In this document: one piece after another, positions 28,167 through 37,641 of the stretch | Layout: each line of letters begins with the position of its first letter | Position numbering within the stretch: the first letter of the stretch is position 1 | Assembly (NCBI GenBank): GCA_023404495.1 | Contig: JAEYBE010000033.1 | Location: forward strand, 2,519-66,518 | Reading direction: 5' to 3' | Source: Actinomycetes bacterium | GTDB lineage: Bacteria; Actinomycetota; Thermoleophilia; Solirubrobacterales; JACPNS01 | Length of the DNA: 64,000 nt | Made by a program: the position numbers and the translations under genes | Notes under the pieces: generated by a model | Databases searched by the model: none | Seen by the model: only the letters and a program-made list of their open reading frames with translations | Told to the model about the DNA's origin: nothing

Positions 28167-29338
28167 CCGGCGATTCTCTGCCGGGCCAGCGCCACCCGCT
28201 CCGGCGTGGCGCAGGCGAGCACATAGGGGAACTCAGGGCCCTGCACGCGGCCGGTGAGCGCCGCTCGCAGTCCATGCAAGGCCGAAGCGAGCGAGACGCC
28301 CCGACCTCGCAGTTCAGACTTCAGCTCGCCGAAGGCCTTGGTCGCTGCTTCAACGTCGATCGGCCACTCCGGCACTATCGCGTCGAGGGCCGCGATCGCC
28401 GCCGCAGCCTCCGGCTCAGAGATCGCCAGCCGCGCATCGATGTCCGGCTCGGGCGGGTCGACGAGCGCACGACCAACCGCTGCGCTCTCGGCGAACGTTG
28501 CGCCATCGGTGCGCGCGGCCTCGACGGCGGCGATCGGCAGACTGCCGCTGCCGAACTCGGCGAGGCTGGCCGCCAACCGATCGGCCGGCATCGCGCGAAT
28601 GTGCTCTCCGGACACCCAGCGGAGCTTCGCCTCATCGAACTGCGAATCCGCGGTGTGCAGCCGCGCCAGATCAAAGCGCGCAGCCATTTCGTCCAGGCTG
28701 AGCATCAATTCTTCGGTCCCATAGTCGGCCAGCGAGAGTGCCAGCGTGTTGCAGATCGCGGCAGCCGGAAATCCCTCGTCGCGCAGCGCCGCGACCGTCG
28801 CAGAGTCGCCCTCGCGCTTGGAGACCTTCGCCCCGTCAGCGAAGACCAGGAGCGGCGCGTGAACGTACTGCGGCGGTTCGGCACCGATCGCCCGGATGAT
28901 CGCCGTTTGCAGCTCGGTGTTTGTCAGGTGGTCGCGGCCCCGCAGCACGTGTGAGATCGCGTCATCCACGTCGTCCACGGCGGTGGCCAGGTGGTAGAGC
29001 GGCGAGCCGTCCGAGCGGGCGATCACGCGTCCTTCGAACTCGTAGGCCCCGTCGCGGCGGCGCACAGGCAGTTCGGCGAGCACCTCGGCGTAGCGAGCCA
29101 TGCGGTCTTTCTGGTGCACCGGCCCGTCGTCCCAGTCGAGCCCGAGCCAGGCCAGATCGCGCTCGATCGCGGGCTCGAGCGCCGCATCCGAACGGGCAGA
29201 ATCGGTGTCGTCAAAACGCAGCAGGATCCGGCCGCCGGCAGAGCGCGCAAAGAGCCAGTTGAGCAGCGCGGTCCGCGCCGAGCCGACATGCAGCGCCCCG
29301 GTCGGCGAGGGCGCAAAACGGACGCGAATCGCGCTCAC
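28163..29338 (-). CDS. gltX: glutamate--tRNA ligase, unusually short (391 aa)
   Basis: VRFAPSPTGALHVGSARTALLNWLFAR, LRFDDTD, SDGSPLYHLATAVDD and KVSKREG (KMSKS-like) are present. The GTG at 29338 overlaps the ispF stop (GTGA). Confidence 0.85.
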   Translation of the reverse strand: MSAIRVRFAPSPTGALHVGSARTALLNWLFARSAGGRILLRFDDTDSARSDAALEPAIERDLAWLGLDWDDGPVHQKDRMARYAEVLAELPVRRRDGAYEFEGRVIARSDGSPLYHLATAVDDVDDAISHVLRGRDHLTNTELQTAIIRAIGAEPPQYVHAPLLVFADGAKVSKREGDSATVAALRDEGFPAAAICNTLALSLADYGTEELMLSLDEMAARFDLARLHTADSQFDEAKLRWVSGEHIRAMPADRLAASLAEFGSGSLPIAAVEAARTDGATFAESAAVGRALVDPPEPDIDARLAISEPEAAAAIAALDAIVPEWPIDVEAATKAFGELKSELRGRGVSLASALHGLRAALTGRVQGPEFPYVLACATPERVALARQRIAG

Positions 29339-29841
29339 GATTCGGCTGCCGGCTCCGGAGCTGGCGCGAGTGAGGCGACCGCAAGGGCCGCGACCCCCTC
29401 GGCGCGCCCGAGATAGCCCATTCCCTCCCCGCGCGTGAACTTCACGTTGACTGCATCGTTTCCGAGGCCCAGCGCCGCCGCGAGGTTGAAGACCATTTGT
29501 GCCCGGTGCGCACCCATCAGCGGCTCCTCGGCGATCACCGTGGCGTCGACATTGACGACAAAGAGACCACGTTCGCGCACCATCTCCGAGCACCGCGCCA
29601 GCAATTCCAGCGAATCGGCGTCCTTCCACTCGTCGGCCGTATCGGGAAAGTGCTCGCCAATGTCGCCCAGCGCGGCGGCGCCAAGCACGGCGTCGGCGAT
29701 CGCGTGGGTCAGTACGTCAGCGTCGGAGTGGCCGAGCAGCCCGTGCGTGTGCTCGATCGTCACGCCGCCAATCACGAGCGCGCGATCCTCCACGTAGCGG
29801 TGGGTGTCCCAGCCAAGGCCGCTACGCGCAAATGCGTTCAC
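29335..29841 (-). CDS. ispF: 2-C-methyl-D-erythritol 2,4-cyclodiphosphate synthase
   Basis: GLGWDTHRY..GLLGHSDADVLTHAIADAVLGAAALGDIGEHFPD. Confidence 0.95.
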   Translation of the reverse strand: MNAFARSGLGWDTHRYVEDRALVIGGVTIEHTHGLLGHSDADVLTHAIADAVLGAAALGDIGEHFPDTADEWKDADSLELLARCSEMVRERGLFVVNVDATVIAEEPLMGAHRAQMVFNLAAALGLGNDAVNVKFTRGEGMGYLGRAEGVAALAVASLAPAPEPAAES

Positions 29842-30662
29842 CCGATCTGCTCCATCGTGCGCTGGCGACCTTCGAAGACGGCCAGCTCGGTGATTCCGTG
29901 CTCGCCGAGCAATGCGATCGCCTGCTCGTATCCGTAGCCGACGTGCAGCGGCTCGTGGGCATCCGAAGAGAGTGCGAATTTCAGGCCGGCGTCAAGGCAC
30001 ATGTCGACAAAGGCCGGAGCGGGATAGATCTCCCCGACCGGCTTGCGCAGCCCCGCGGTCGACATCTCGACCGTCACGCCAGCCTCGGCAAACGCCTCGA
30101 CGGCCGGCTCGTAGAAGAAACGCAGATCGCCCTCGGGGATCGGGCGGTCCTTGCCCCAGATCTTCACCAGGTCTGGGTGCGACATGATGTCGTAGAGGCC
30201 AGTGCGAGCCGCCTCGGCCAGCGTCTCGAAGTACTCGCGCCAGACATCCGCTGGGTCCGACCGCTGACGCCAGATGTCGTAGGTCTCCATGTCGAGTGCC
30301 GCGCGCTTGAGGAAATGAACCGATCCGAGCACGTAGTCCCACTCGTAGGCGCCGAGCAGGTCAGCGATCTGCTCCTCCCGGCCGGGCACAAAGTCCGCCT
30401 CGATTCCGAGTTTCAGGTCAGTTGAACGGACGAACTCGACGTAGGCGTCCATGTCGTCGACCCCCCACTCCTGCCAGAGCGGGTGATCCCAGATGCTGAG
30501 CGCCTGCTTGAAGCGGTAGATGTGCTCGCTGGCCCCGAGTTCGGTGATCCCGGCCTCCTCGGCGGCCGCGCGATAGCGCTCGGCATTTTCGGCAGTCATG
30601 TACTTCTCGAAGTCCGAGCCCTCTCCATCCGGGCGCAGGTGCACGTGGTAATCGCTGAGCAT
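29838..30662 (-). CDS. PHP-family histidinol-phosphatase-like protein (HisJ/HisK type)
   Basis: MLSDYHVHL..ELGASEHIY..LGSVHF..MSHPDL..SSDAH. Confidence 0.8.
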   Translation of the reverse strand: MLSDYHVHLRPDGEGSDFEKYMTAENAERYRAAAEEAGITELGASEHIYRFKQALSIWDHPLWQEWGVDDMDAYVEFVRSTDLKLGIEADFVPGREEQIADLLGAYEWDYVLGSVHFLKRAALDMETYDIWRQRSDPADVWREYFETLAEAARTGLYDIMSHPDLVKIWGKDRPIPEGDLRFFYEPAVEAFAEAGVTVEMSTAGLRKPVGEIYPAPAFVDMCLDAGLKFALSSDAHEPLHVGYGYEQAIALLGEHGITELAVFEGRQRTMEQIG

Positions 30663-30689
30663 TGGTTCCTTGAGGCTTGGCGGTGGAAT

Positions 30690-32273
30690 TCAGTCGCCGG
30701 AAGTTGTAGCGGACTGCGTCGCCTGAGCGTCGTCCCGCCCGTCAAGGGCGGGCGAGGTGCCGGCCGCCAAGGCCGACGGATCGAGCGGCAGGTAGACGGT
30801 GAAAGTCGATCCACTGCCGAACTCGCTCTCGACCGCAAGTCTGCCGCCGTGCAGTTCGATCATCTGCTTGGCAATCGCAAGTCCGAGGCCCGTTCCGGGC
30901 ACTCCCTCGTTTGCTTCGGAGCGAAAGAACGGCTCTGCGATCTTCGGCAGGTCCTCGCGCGGGATCCCCATCCCCCAGTCGACGAACGAAACCACTGCTT
31001 GGCGGTCGACGGCCAGCGCCCGCACCACTACAGCCTGACCGTCGCGGCTGTACTTGATCGAGTTTGAGAGCAGGTTGCCGAAGGCCTGGCGCAGCCGCAG
31101 GGGATCGCCCTGAACAGTCAGGTCTCCAGTGTCAACAAGCACGATGTCGACGTCGCGCTCGGCCCCGATCGGGAGCAACTCGGACTTCAGATCATGCAAC
31201 AGGCCGCGCACATCGACCAGGTCTGTCCGCATGTTCATGCGACCGCTCTGCACGCGCGAGAGGGTCAAGAGGTCGTCGATCAAGTCCGAGAGCTGTCGCG
31301 CGTTGCGGTCGGCGATCTCGACGAAGCGCAGTTGGTCGGGCTTGAGCTCGCCGGCTTCACCTTGCTCGAGCAGTTCGAGATACCCGCGGAGCGATGTGAT
31401 CGGGGTGCGCAGCTCGTGCGAGACCGATGAGACGAAGCGGCTGCGCGCGACCGACAGCTCGTGCAACTGCCCAACGTGCTGCTCGATCTCGTCAGCCATC
31501 TGATTGAAGGCGCTTCCAGTGAGCGAGATCTCCTCCACCCCGCCGGGCTCGACTCGCGCCGAGAGGTCTCCGTGCCCAAGCCGGCGCGAGGCCACCGCGA
31601 GGTTCTCCAGCGGCACAAGCGTCTGGCTACGAATCCAGAGCAGCACGCCGACCCCGGTGCCGAGAATCAGCAGACCCGAGAGCACGATCAGGAGGGCGTT
31701 TATTCCCTGGCGCCGGGAGACGGCCTCATCGGCGTCGCGCTGGCGCTGTGTGAGCTCGTCGGACAACGCAACGTTGGCGGCGTTCTCGGCGGCGAGCTGC
31801 TTCACCGCGGCCGGCGAAGAGAGCTCCTTGCGCGCAGCGTCGCTGTCGCCGCCGCGCACGAGCCTGACGACCTTTCCCCCGGTCTCCTCGAGATAGGCGA
31901 ACTGCAGATCGGCAAGTCTTCGCGCATTGTCGGCCGAACCACCGGGGAGTCCGCTCTGCAGTACAAAAGCGATCGTCGTGATCTGCGATTTCGACTGGTT
32001 GAACGCACCGAGCGAGAAGGTCTTGCCGCCGGCGGCATATTGGCGCAGCGCGAGCCGGGCGCGGTCGAACTCCTGATTCTGCCCGGTCAGAAAAAGCACA
32101 TTGCGCGTCTCGCGCGCGAGATCCTCGGACTTCGAGCGGGTCTGCAGTGCTCCCCACAACGTCACGCCCAGCAGCAGCGCGATCACGAGCACTTGGAGCG
32201 CGATGCTGTAACGGATCAGCCGGCGAAAACTGAAGCGCTCGGAGGCTGGTCCTTTGAATGGTTCCGTTGCCAT
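30690..32273 (-). CDS. membrane sensor histidine kinase (HAMP-HisKA-HATPase)
   Basis: FVSSVSHELRTPITSL, NLLSNSIKYS and GTGLGLAIAKQMIELHGG are present. The start is set at ATG 32273 and the upstream extension is discounted. Confidence 0.85.
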   Translation of the reverse strand: MATEPFKGPASERFSFRRLIRYSIALQVLVIALLLGVTLWGALQTRSKSEDLARETRNVLFLTGQNQEFDRARLALRQYAAGGKTFSLGAFNQSKSQITTIAFVLQSGLPGGSADNARRLADLQFAYLEETGGKVVRLVRGGDSDAARKELSSPAAVKQLAAENAANVALSDELTQRQRDADEAVSRRQGINALLIVLSGLLILGTGVGVLLWIRSQTLVPLENLAVASRRLGHGDLSARVEPGGVEEISLTGSAFNQMADEIEQHVGQLHELSVARSRFVSSVSHELRTPITSLRGYLELLEQGEAGELKPDQLRFVEIADRNARQLSDLIDDLLTLSRVQSGRMNMRTDLVDVRGLLHDLKSELLPIGAERDVDIVLVDTGDLTVQGDPLRLRQAFGNLLSNSIKYSRDGQAVVVRALAVDRQAVVSFVDWGMGIPREDLPKIAEPFFRSEANEGVPGTGLGLAIAKQMIELHGGRLAVESEFGSGSTFTVYLPLDPSALAAGTSPALDGRDDAQATQSATTSGD

Positions 32274-32307
32274 CGCGTGATACCTATTGTTACACCAGAG
32301 GAGGCAG

Positions 32308-32715
32308 TTGAACGAGATCGCATCCCGCGAACGGCCACTGGTGCTCGTCGCGGACGACAACGCGGACATCCGCAACTTGCTCGCAACGCGACTTCGCACC
32401 CGTGGTTTTGACGTGGTCGAAGCCGCCGACGGCCAGGAGGCACTCGACGCCGCGCTCGAACAGGCGCCTGACATCGCGCTGCTCGACTGGGTGATGCCGG
32501 TGATTCAGGGTCACGAACTCTGCGTCAAGCTCAAGACCGATCCCGAGACCGAGACGATCCCGGTCGTGATGCTGACCGCCCGCGGCGAGGAGTCCGACCG
32601 GCTGCTCGGTCTCGACCTTGGCGCTGACGACTATCTCGTCAAGCCATTCGACATCGAGGAGTTGGTGGCGACAATCAGGCGCTTGACCGGTCAAGCCGCG
32701 CCTGAGCAGACCTGA
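32308..32715 (+). CDS. stand-alone receiver-domain response regulator (CheY-like)
   Basis: LVLVADDNADIRNLL..DIALLDWVMPVIQG..PVVMLTARG..GADDYLVKPF. The TTG at 32308 follows GAGGAGG. There is no output domain. Confidence 0.85.
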   Translation: MNEIASRERPLVLVADDNADIRNLLATRLRTRGFDVVEAADGQEALDAALEQAPDIALLDWVMPVIQGHELCVKLKTDPETETIPVVMLTARGEESDRLLGLDLGADDYLVKPFDIEELVATIRRLTGQAAPEQT

Positions 32716-33451
32716 GGTCTTCCGGCGTCGTGACCTTCTCGTTTGGCGCAGACCACTCGAAGACCTTGACGCGGTGGCCGCGCGCTTCGACCAGCGAGGC
32801 GTCGTCCGTTGCCGTGGCGATCTCCGCGTCGGCGACCGGCGCCGTGACACCGAGCGCGTCGGCGAGTACCTCGCCACGAAACACCTGAGGCGTCTGCACG
32901 GCCCAGAGGCGCTCGCGCGGCGGCGTCTCGTGCACGTCGCCGCGGTCATCGACGAGCTTGATCGTGTCGGTCACCGGGCGGGCGGCGATCAACCCGGCGA
33001 CATCGGGGGGATACTCGGCGAGTGCACCGCCGAGTCCGTCGATCAGTCCGGCGGTGGTGAATATTCGCGCCGCGTCGTGGACGAACACGTGGCCTGTCGA
33101 ACCAGCGACCTCGATGCCCGCCCGCAGCGCGGCGGCGACCGAGTGCGAGCGACTCTTGCCGCCCTCCACGACAAGCACGTCGAGGCCGGCGTTTCGGGCC
33201 GGTTCGCAGGCGGCTTCAAACGCCGGCAGATCCGAAGCATGTGCTGCGACCACCACAAGGCCGGCGCCGGCGGCGAATGTCGAACTCGCCGCGAAGGCGT
33301 CCAAGCACCACGCGAGCAAGGGGCGACCGGAACAAAGAACAAGCGCCTTGGGACCGTCGGCCCCAAGGCGCTTGCCTTCGCCTCCAGCTGCGATCAGCGC
33401 CAGCGGCCGACTCGCGGACGCGGCGCCTTCGCGCATGGCGGTGTTCTCCAT
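32675..33451 (-). CDS. ispD: 2-C-methyl-D-erythritol 4-phosphate cytidylyltransferase
   Basis: LIAAGGEGKRLG..PKALVLCSGRPLLAW..VHDAARIF..VTDTIK..VQTPQVF. Confidence 0.9.
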   Translation of the reverse strand: MENTAMREGAASASRPLALIAAGGEGKRLGADGPKALVLCSGRPLLAWCLDAFAASSTFAAGAGLVVVAAHASDLPAFEAACEPARNAGLDVLVVEGGKSRSHSVAAALRAGIEVAGSTGHVFVHDAARIFTTAGLIDGLGGALAEYPPDVAGLIAARPVTDTIKLVDDRGDVHETPPRERLWAVQTPQVFRGEVLADALGVTAPVADAEIATATDDASLVEARGHRVKVFEWSAPNEKVTTPEDLRSAQARLDRSSA

Positions 33452-33477
33452 TCCCTCTCCCCGGGAGAATGAAGCCG

Positions 33478-34035
33478 TCAGGCTTCCGCGCCCTCCGTGG
33501 CCGGCTCGATGCCAAGCAATTCGTCGACGTGAGCCTCAGCTTCCTCTTCCGTCATGTTCAGCGCGTACATGAACTCGCTGGCGAGGATGCGCTTGGCACG
33601 CACGAACATCTGCTTCTCGCCGCTGCTGAGTCCCTTCTCGGACTCGAGCGCGGAGAGATTGCGAATCACCTCTGCAAGCTCGAAGATGTCGCCTGTGCGG
33701 ATCTTCTCACGGTTGTGCTTGAAGCGGCGGTTCCAGTTGCCTGGCATTTCTGAGACGTCGTCCTGCAGCACTCCGACGACCTTCTTGACCGTCGCGTTGT
33801 CGATCACGCGGCGAAGTCCGGCGACGCCCGTGTTCTCGCACGGAACCATCACCGTCATGTCGTTGTGCAGAATCTGAATCGTGAGGTACTCGCGCTTCTC
33901 ACCAAGCAGCGACTTCTTCTCCTTCTTCAGAACCTTGCCCGCGCCGTGGTGCGGGTAGACGACCTTGTCTCCGACCTTGAAATTGATGTTCGGCGCCTTT
34001 GGCGCGAGTTCAAGGTCTTCGAGCTCCATATCCAA
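33478..34035 (-). CDS. carD: CarD/CdnL family RNA polymerase-binding regulator
   Basis: FKVGDKVVYPHHGAGKV..REYLTIQI..MTVMVPCEN..WNRRFKHNREKIRTGD. Confidence 0.9.
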   Translation of the reverse strand: MDMELEDLELAPKAPNINFKVGDKVVYPHHGAGKVLKKEKKSLLGEKREYLTIQILHNDMTVMVPCENTGVAGLRRVIDNATVKKVVGVLQDDVSEMPGNWNRRFKHNREKIRTGDIFELAEVIRNLSALESEKGLSSGEKQMFVRAKRILASEFMYALNMTEEEAEAHVDELLGIEPATEGAEA

Positions 34036-34092
34036 AACGTCTGTGTCCGAAATCCGAATCGCCTCCTGTGTGCGGTCGACAGTGCAGGCCCG

Positions 34093-35205
34093 CTAGGCCT
34101 GCATGTACCGGTCGACCATGTTGATTTCCTGAAGGCGCTTGAGGCCCTCACGAATGTCTTTTGCTCGTACGTCGCCAACGCCGTCGACGGCCTCCAGCTC
34201 GGAGTCGTCGGCGCTGAGCAACTCGTCCAGACCGCCAAACTCGTTGACGATGTCGTGGACCACCATCTTCGGTAGGCGCGGAATCCTCGAGAGGATCCGG
34301 TAGCCGCGCGGAGCCACCGCGTAGTCGATGGTGTTCATCTTGCGGTCGTAGCCCAGCAGCTCTGCCAGGCGACCGAAGTCAAGAAGGTCTTGGTGGGGCA
34401 TGCGCGCCAGCAGGTCGACGACCTGTCCGTAGGACTCGTCGGTGTCCTGTGTCATGTAGTCGCGGACCAGCCCGTGCTTCTCGGCGGCGACGCCGATCAT
34501 CGTCTCCTCGAGCTGCATCTCGATCAGCCGGCCCTCGGTGCCCAGCTCGACGATGTAGCGCTCGACCTCGACGCTCATCCGCGTGATCAGCTCGGCACGC
34601 TGCAGCACGGTGAGCACGTCGTGCATGTAAGTGCGCCCCTCAAACTCGAGCAGCGTGAGCCTCGCCGAAACCTGATCGAGCCGGCGGCGGTACTTGTCGA
34701 GGGTCGCCAGCGCCTGGTTGGCCTTGGCGAGCACCTCTGGGATGTCGACCATCACGTACTTCGCGTTGTCGACGTAGAGGCTGACCACTTCGCGGCGTGC
34801 GCTGATCGCCAGCACGATCGCGTCGGACTGCTTGGCGACGCGCTCGGCGGTGCGGTGACGTGTGCCGGTCTCGACCGAGTGGATCGTCGGGTCGGGCATC
34901 AGCTGCACGTTGGCCCAGGCGATCTTGCTGGCGTTCGCGCTGAGCACGATCGCGCCGTCCATTTTTGCCAGCTGGTAGAGCATCGCCGGCTGGTAGTCAA
35001 GGTCGATCTTGATCCCACCGCTGAACATGAAGGCGAGCTCTTCCGGTTCGCCGATGATGATCAGCGCACCGGTGCCGCCCTGCAGCACTTCGTCGATGCC
35101 TTCGCGGATGAAGGAGCCCGGAGCGATCATCTCCAGGGCCCGGAGAAGCTTCGGCTCCAACCTGTTGTGTAGTTCAACTGACTCTTCCACAGCACGTTGG
35201 GCCAT
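34093..35205 (-). CDS. disA: DNA integrity scanning protein DisA (diadenylate cyclase)
   Basis: The DAC domain has GALIIIG..AKMDGAIVLS and TGTRHRTAERVA. It is followed by linker helices and a C-terminal HhH (VDGVGDVRAKDIREGL). Confidence 0.95.
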   Translation of the reverse strand: MAQRAVEESVELHNRLEPKLLRALEMIAPGSFIREGIDEVLQGGTGALIIIGEPEELAFMFSGGIKIDLDYQPAMLYQLAKMDGAIVLSANASKIAWANVQLMPDPTIHSVETGTRHRTAERVAKQSDAIVLAISARREVVSLYVDNAKYVMVDIPEVLAKANQALATLDKYRRRLDQVSARLTLLEFEGRTYMHDVLTVLQRAELITRMSVEVERYIVELGTEGRLIEMQLEETMIGVAAEKHGLVRDYMTQDTDESYGQVVDLLARMPHQDLLDFGRLAELLGYDRKMNTIDYAVAPRGYRILSRIPRLPKMVVHDIVNEFGGLDELLSADDSELEAVDGVGDVRAKDIREGLKRLQEINMVDRYMQA

Positions 35206-35377
35206 ATGGGTAAGTGTAGATGATCACATAACCCACTCCGTCCGGAGCGTCCACTATGCACGTTTATGCCCGTTTTGCAGGCTATTTGCCGCCTCATGCG
35301 GCCGCATGTGTGCGCTCGAATGGCACTGCCAAAGGCTCAGTCCGCACACATACCGCCCACTCCGGCGCCGCAAGGGA

Positions 35378-35986
35378 TCAGTACGGCTCCGGAGCACCAA
35401 GCACAGCCCTTTGAAGCTGGCGGGCTCTCATCCAATCGAGGTAGCTTGCGACGCCGCCAAAGCGGGCGAGCGCGCCCGCGACATCAAGCCAGTCCGGCAC
35501 CAATGCCGGGTGCCCGACGTAGAGCGAATGCGTGCAGAACTCGCAATAGCAATGGTCCCCGTGATTCTCGTGCACATACGCGATCGCGTTCAGCTCCTCA
35601 CGCAGTCCATCGGCGGGCCGAAGGCGCACCTCGGCGTCGAACATCGAGCCCGATCGACCGTATTTGCGATTGAAGTACTTGGCGTACGCAATCATCACCA
35701 CCCGAAACAGCTCGCCGGCCGCGTAGGGCTCGACTTGAAACACCACCGCATGGAAGTGATTCGTCTTGAGCACTAGTGAGAAAAGCTTGACCCTCCCATT
35801 GAAGTTCGGATACTCCCGTCCCCGCGCATTGGCCTGTGGCTGTGGCGAGAGATATCGCTCAAACAGCGCCTTGAAATGTCGGCGATCCTCGTCGTCGCGA
35901 AACATCGGCGCGCGCGATCGTTCACGGTTGTACCCGTGATAAACCGTCCCACCCCGGTCCCCCTTGCGCGTGTTCTTGCGCGGCAT
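35378..35986 (-). CDS. IS200-like / REP-associated tyrosine transposase (RAYT)-type HUH protein
   Basis: VYHGYNRERSRAPMFRDDEDRRHF..LVLKTNHFHAVVFQ (HUH)..AYAKYFNRKYGRSGSMFD..AIAYVHENH. It is flanked by lower-GC non-coding DNA. Confidence 0.65.
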   Translation of the reverse strand: MPRKNTRKGDRGGTVYHGYNRERSRAPMFRDDEDRRHFKALFERYLSPQPQANARGREYPNFNGRVKLFSLVLKTNHFHAVVFQVEPYAAGELFRVVMIAYAKYFNRKYGRSGSMFDAEVRLRPADGLREELNAIAYVHENHGDHCYCEFCTHSLYVGHPALVPDWLDVAGALARFGGVASYLDWMRARQLQRAVLGAPEPY

Positions 35987-36054
35987 CGCTCAATCAGAGC
36001 GCATACCCGTGTAACGGTTCAAGACCTAAATCAAACGATTTGGCAAAGAAACAG

Positions 36055-36585
36055 CTACGAAGCGCCCCGTGGGCGGAAAGTCTCAGGCAGATCGAAGGTC
36101 CAGCGCGACTGCGTGCTGGGATAGGCGCCCTCGAGCCAAGCGTTGATCGTGCGCGGGTGGACGCGGTACAAACCGGCATCCGAGAGCTCGCCCTGCGGCG
36201 ATAGCTCGTTTTCGGTCATCACGTACTTGGCCATGTAGCGCCGCAGCACGGCGCGCGAGTGGTCGCCAGCAAAGACATCCTCCCACGGCGCGACAAGCTC
36301 GGCCACACCGTCGACGATCACGACATCATCGCCGCTCTCGATGTGAATCACGCAACGCGGATCGACGGCGAGGTTTTGACCCTTCACCGATGACCGGCCC
36401 GTCGAAAACCAGACGGTGCCGTCGTAGTACACGCCCCAGACAGGCCGCGTGTGTGGTCCTCCCCCGTTGGGCTTGGAGGTCACGAGCCAGTAATTGCTGC
36501 TTGTAATCAGCTTTCGCTCAACCCACGACCATTCGAGCGGCTGTGTGTCTAGGGCCGCGAGACGCTCTGTCCTGTCGCGATCCAT
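36055..36585 (-). CDS. pyridoxamine 5'-phosphate oxidase-family (F420/FMN-binding split-barrel) protein
   Basis: SNYWLVTSKPNGGGPHTRPVWGVYYDGTVWFSTGRSSVKGQNL..CVIHIESGDDVVIVDG. The start is set at ATG 36585. Confidence 0.65.
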   Translation of the reverse strand: MDRDRTERLAALDTQPLEWSWVERKLITSSNYWLVTSKPNGGGPHTRPVWGVYYDGTVWFSTGRSSVKGQNLAVDPRCVIHIESGDDVVIVDGVAELVAPWEDVFAGDHSRAVLRRYMAKYVMTENELSPQGELSDAGLYRVHPRTINAWLEGAYPSTQSRWTFDLPETFRPRGAS

Positions 36586-36650
36586 GGCTACCGAAGGGTA
36601 GGTGAGATTTGTCACATTGACAAGTACCGAATCCTCTGCGCGCCCGGGTC

Positions 36651-37607
36651 TCAAGAGCGTCCCTGCCTGCGATTTTCGGCGGCGATCGCCTTGAGCACGG
36701 CCTCGGCAATCCCCATCTCGCCGACCGGATTCGGGTGCATCGCGAAGGCCGGCTCCGTCGGCACGACCGATTCGATCCAGCGCTTGTCGCGAGGCGCGCA
36801 GACGCCGAGGCCCTCAGAGGGCGTGTACGTATCGACGTAGGTCATCCCGCGGTTCTTCGCCGCCGCCCGGAGCTGTGCATTCAACTGCCTCATGCCACTG
36901 TCAAGGTAGGCGAGATCCTCAGCGGTGAACGGCATCTCGTTCGGGCAGTCCGTGCCGTCGCCGGGCGTGATCTGGGGATAGCCGACGACGTACACCTCGG
37001 CGTTGGGCGCCTTTTGGCGCACCAGCGCGAGCATTTGCTCGATCTTCGGGTTGATCTTCTTGACGGACGCGATGAACTCATCTTGACCGCCGGATCGGAA
37101 CTTCTTTACGCAGAAGCTCGGGTTGGCGGCGTCGTGCGGCTTCCCGGCGCACTCGAAGAAAAGCGGCAACAGCATCGAATCGTTGCCGGCCAGTCCGATC
37201 GTCACCAGCTTCGTCTGCGCGGAGAGCGCATCGGCCTGCGGCGCATTGCTGCCGTCTTTCGTCCACTGCGCCTCGCTTAGGTGCCGCGTGAACGCCCCCG
37301 AGCACGAGACGTCGGTAAGGGATGGCGCCTTGATCGCCTTGGCCACGATGTGCGGATAGTTTGCGTCCGACTGGAAACACTCGCCTGGGGTGCTCACCGC
37401 AATCTGCTTGGCGAGCGCCGGCGCCGCCGTGTAGGAGTCGCCCAGAGCTACGTACCAGGCGGTCGCGGGATGCTTCTTCGGCGGCATCAGCGTCGTCTTC
37501 ACCTTCTCCGGCAAGAACGCGAATGCGACGAGCGCGACCGCCAGAAGCACAAAGAGCACGAGGGCGATCAGCAGGATCTGCATCTTTCGTGTCTTGGGCA
37601 TCCGCAT
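36651..37607 (-). CDS. membrane-anchored SGNH/GDSL hydrolase
   Basis: It has an N-terminal TM segment, then YVALGDSYTA (block I), GLAGND and VVGYPQI. The start is set at ATG 37607. Confidence 0.75.
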   Translation of the reverse strand: MRMPKTRKMQILLIALVLFVLLAVALVAFAFLPEKVKTTLMPPKKHPATAWYVALGDSYTAAPALAKQIAVSTPGECFQSDANYPHIVAKAIKAPSLTDVSCSGAFTRHLSEAQWTKDGSNAPQADALSAQTKLVTIGLAGNDSMLLPLFFECAGKPHDAANPSFCVKKFRSGGQDEFIASVKKINPKIEQMLALVRQKAPNAEVYVVGYPQITPGDGTDCPNEMPFTAEDLAYLDSGMRQLNAQLRAAAKNRGMTYVDTYTPSEGLGVCAPRDKRWIESVVPTEPAFAMHPNPVGEMGIAEAVLKAIAAENRRQGRS

Positions 37608-37641
37608 CGAGTCCTCGACTCTATTGCCAGGTCCCGACCGC

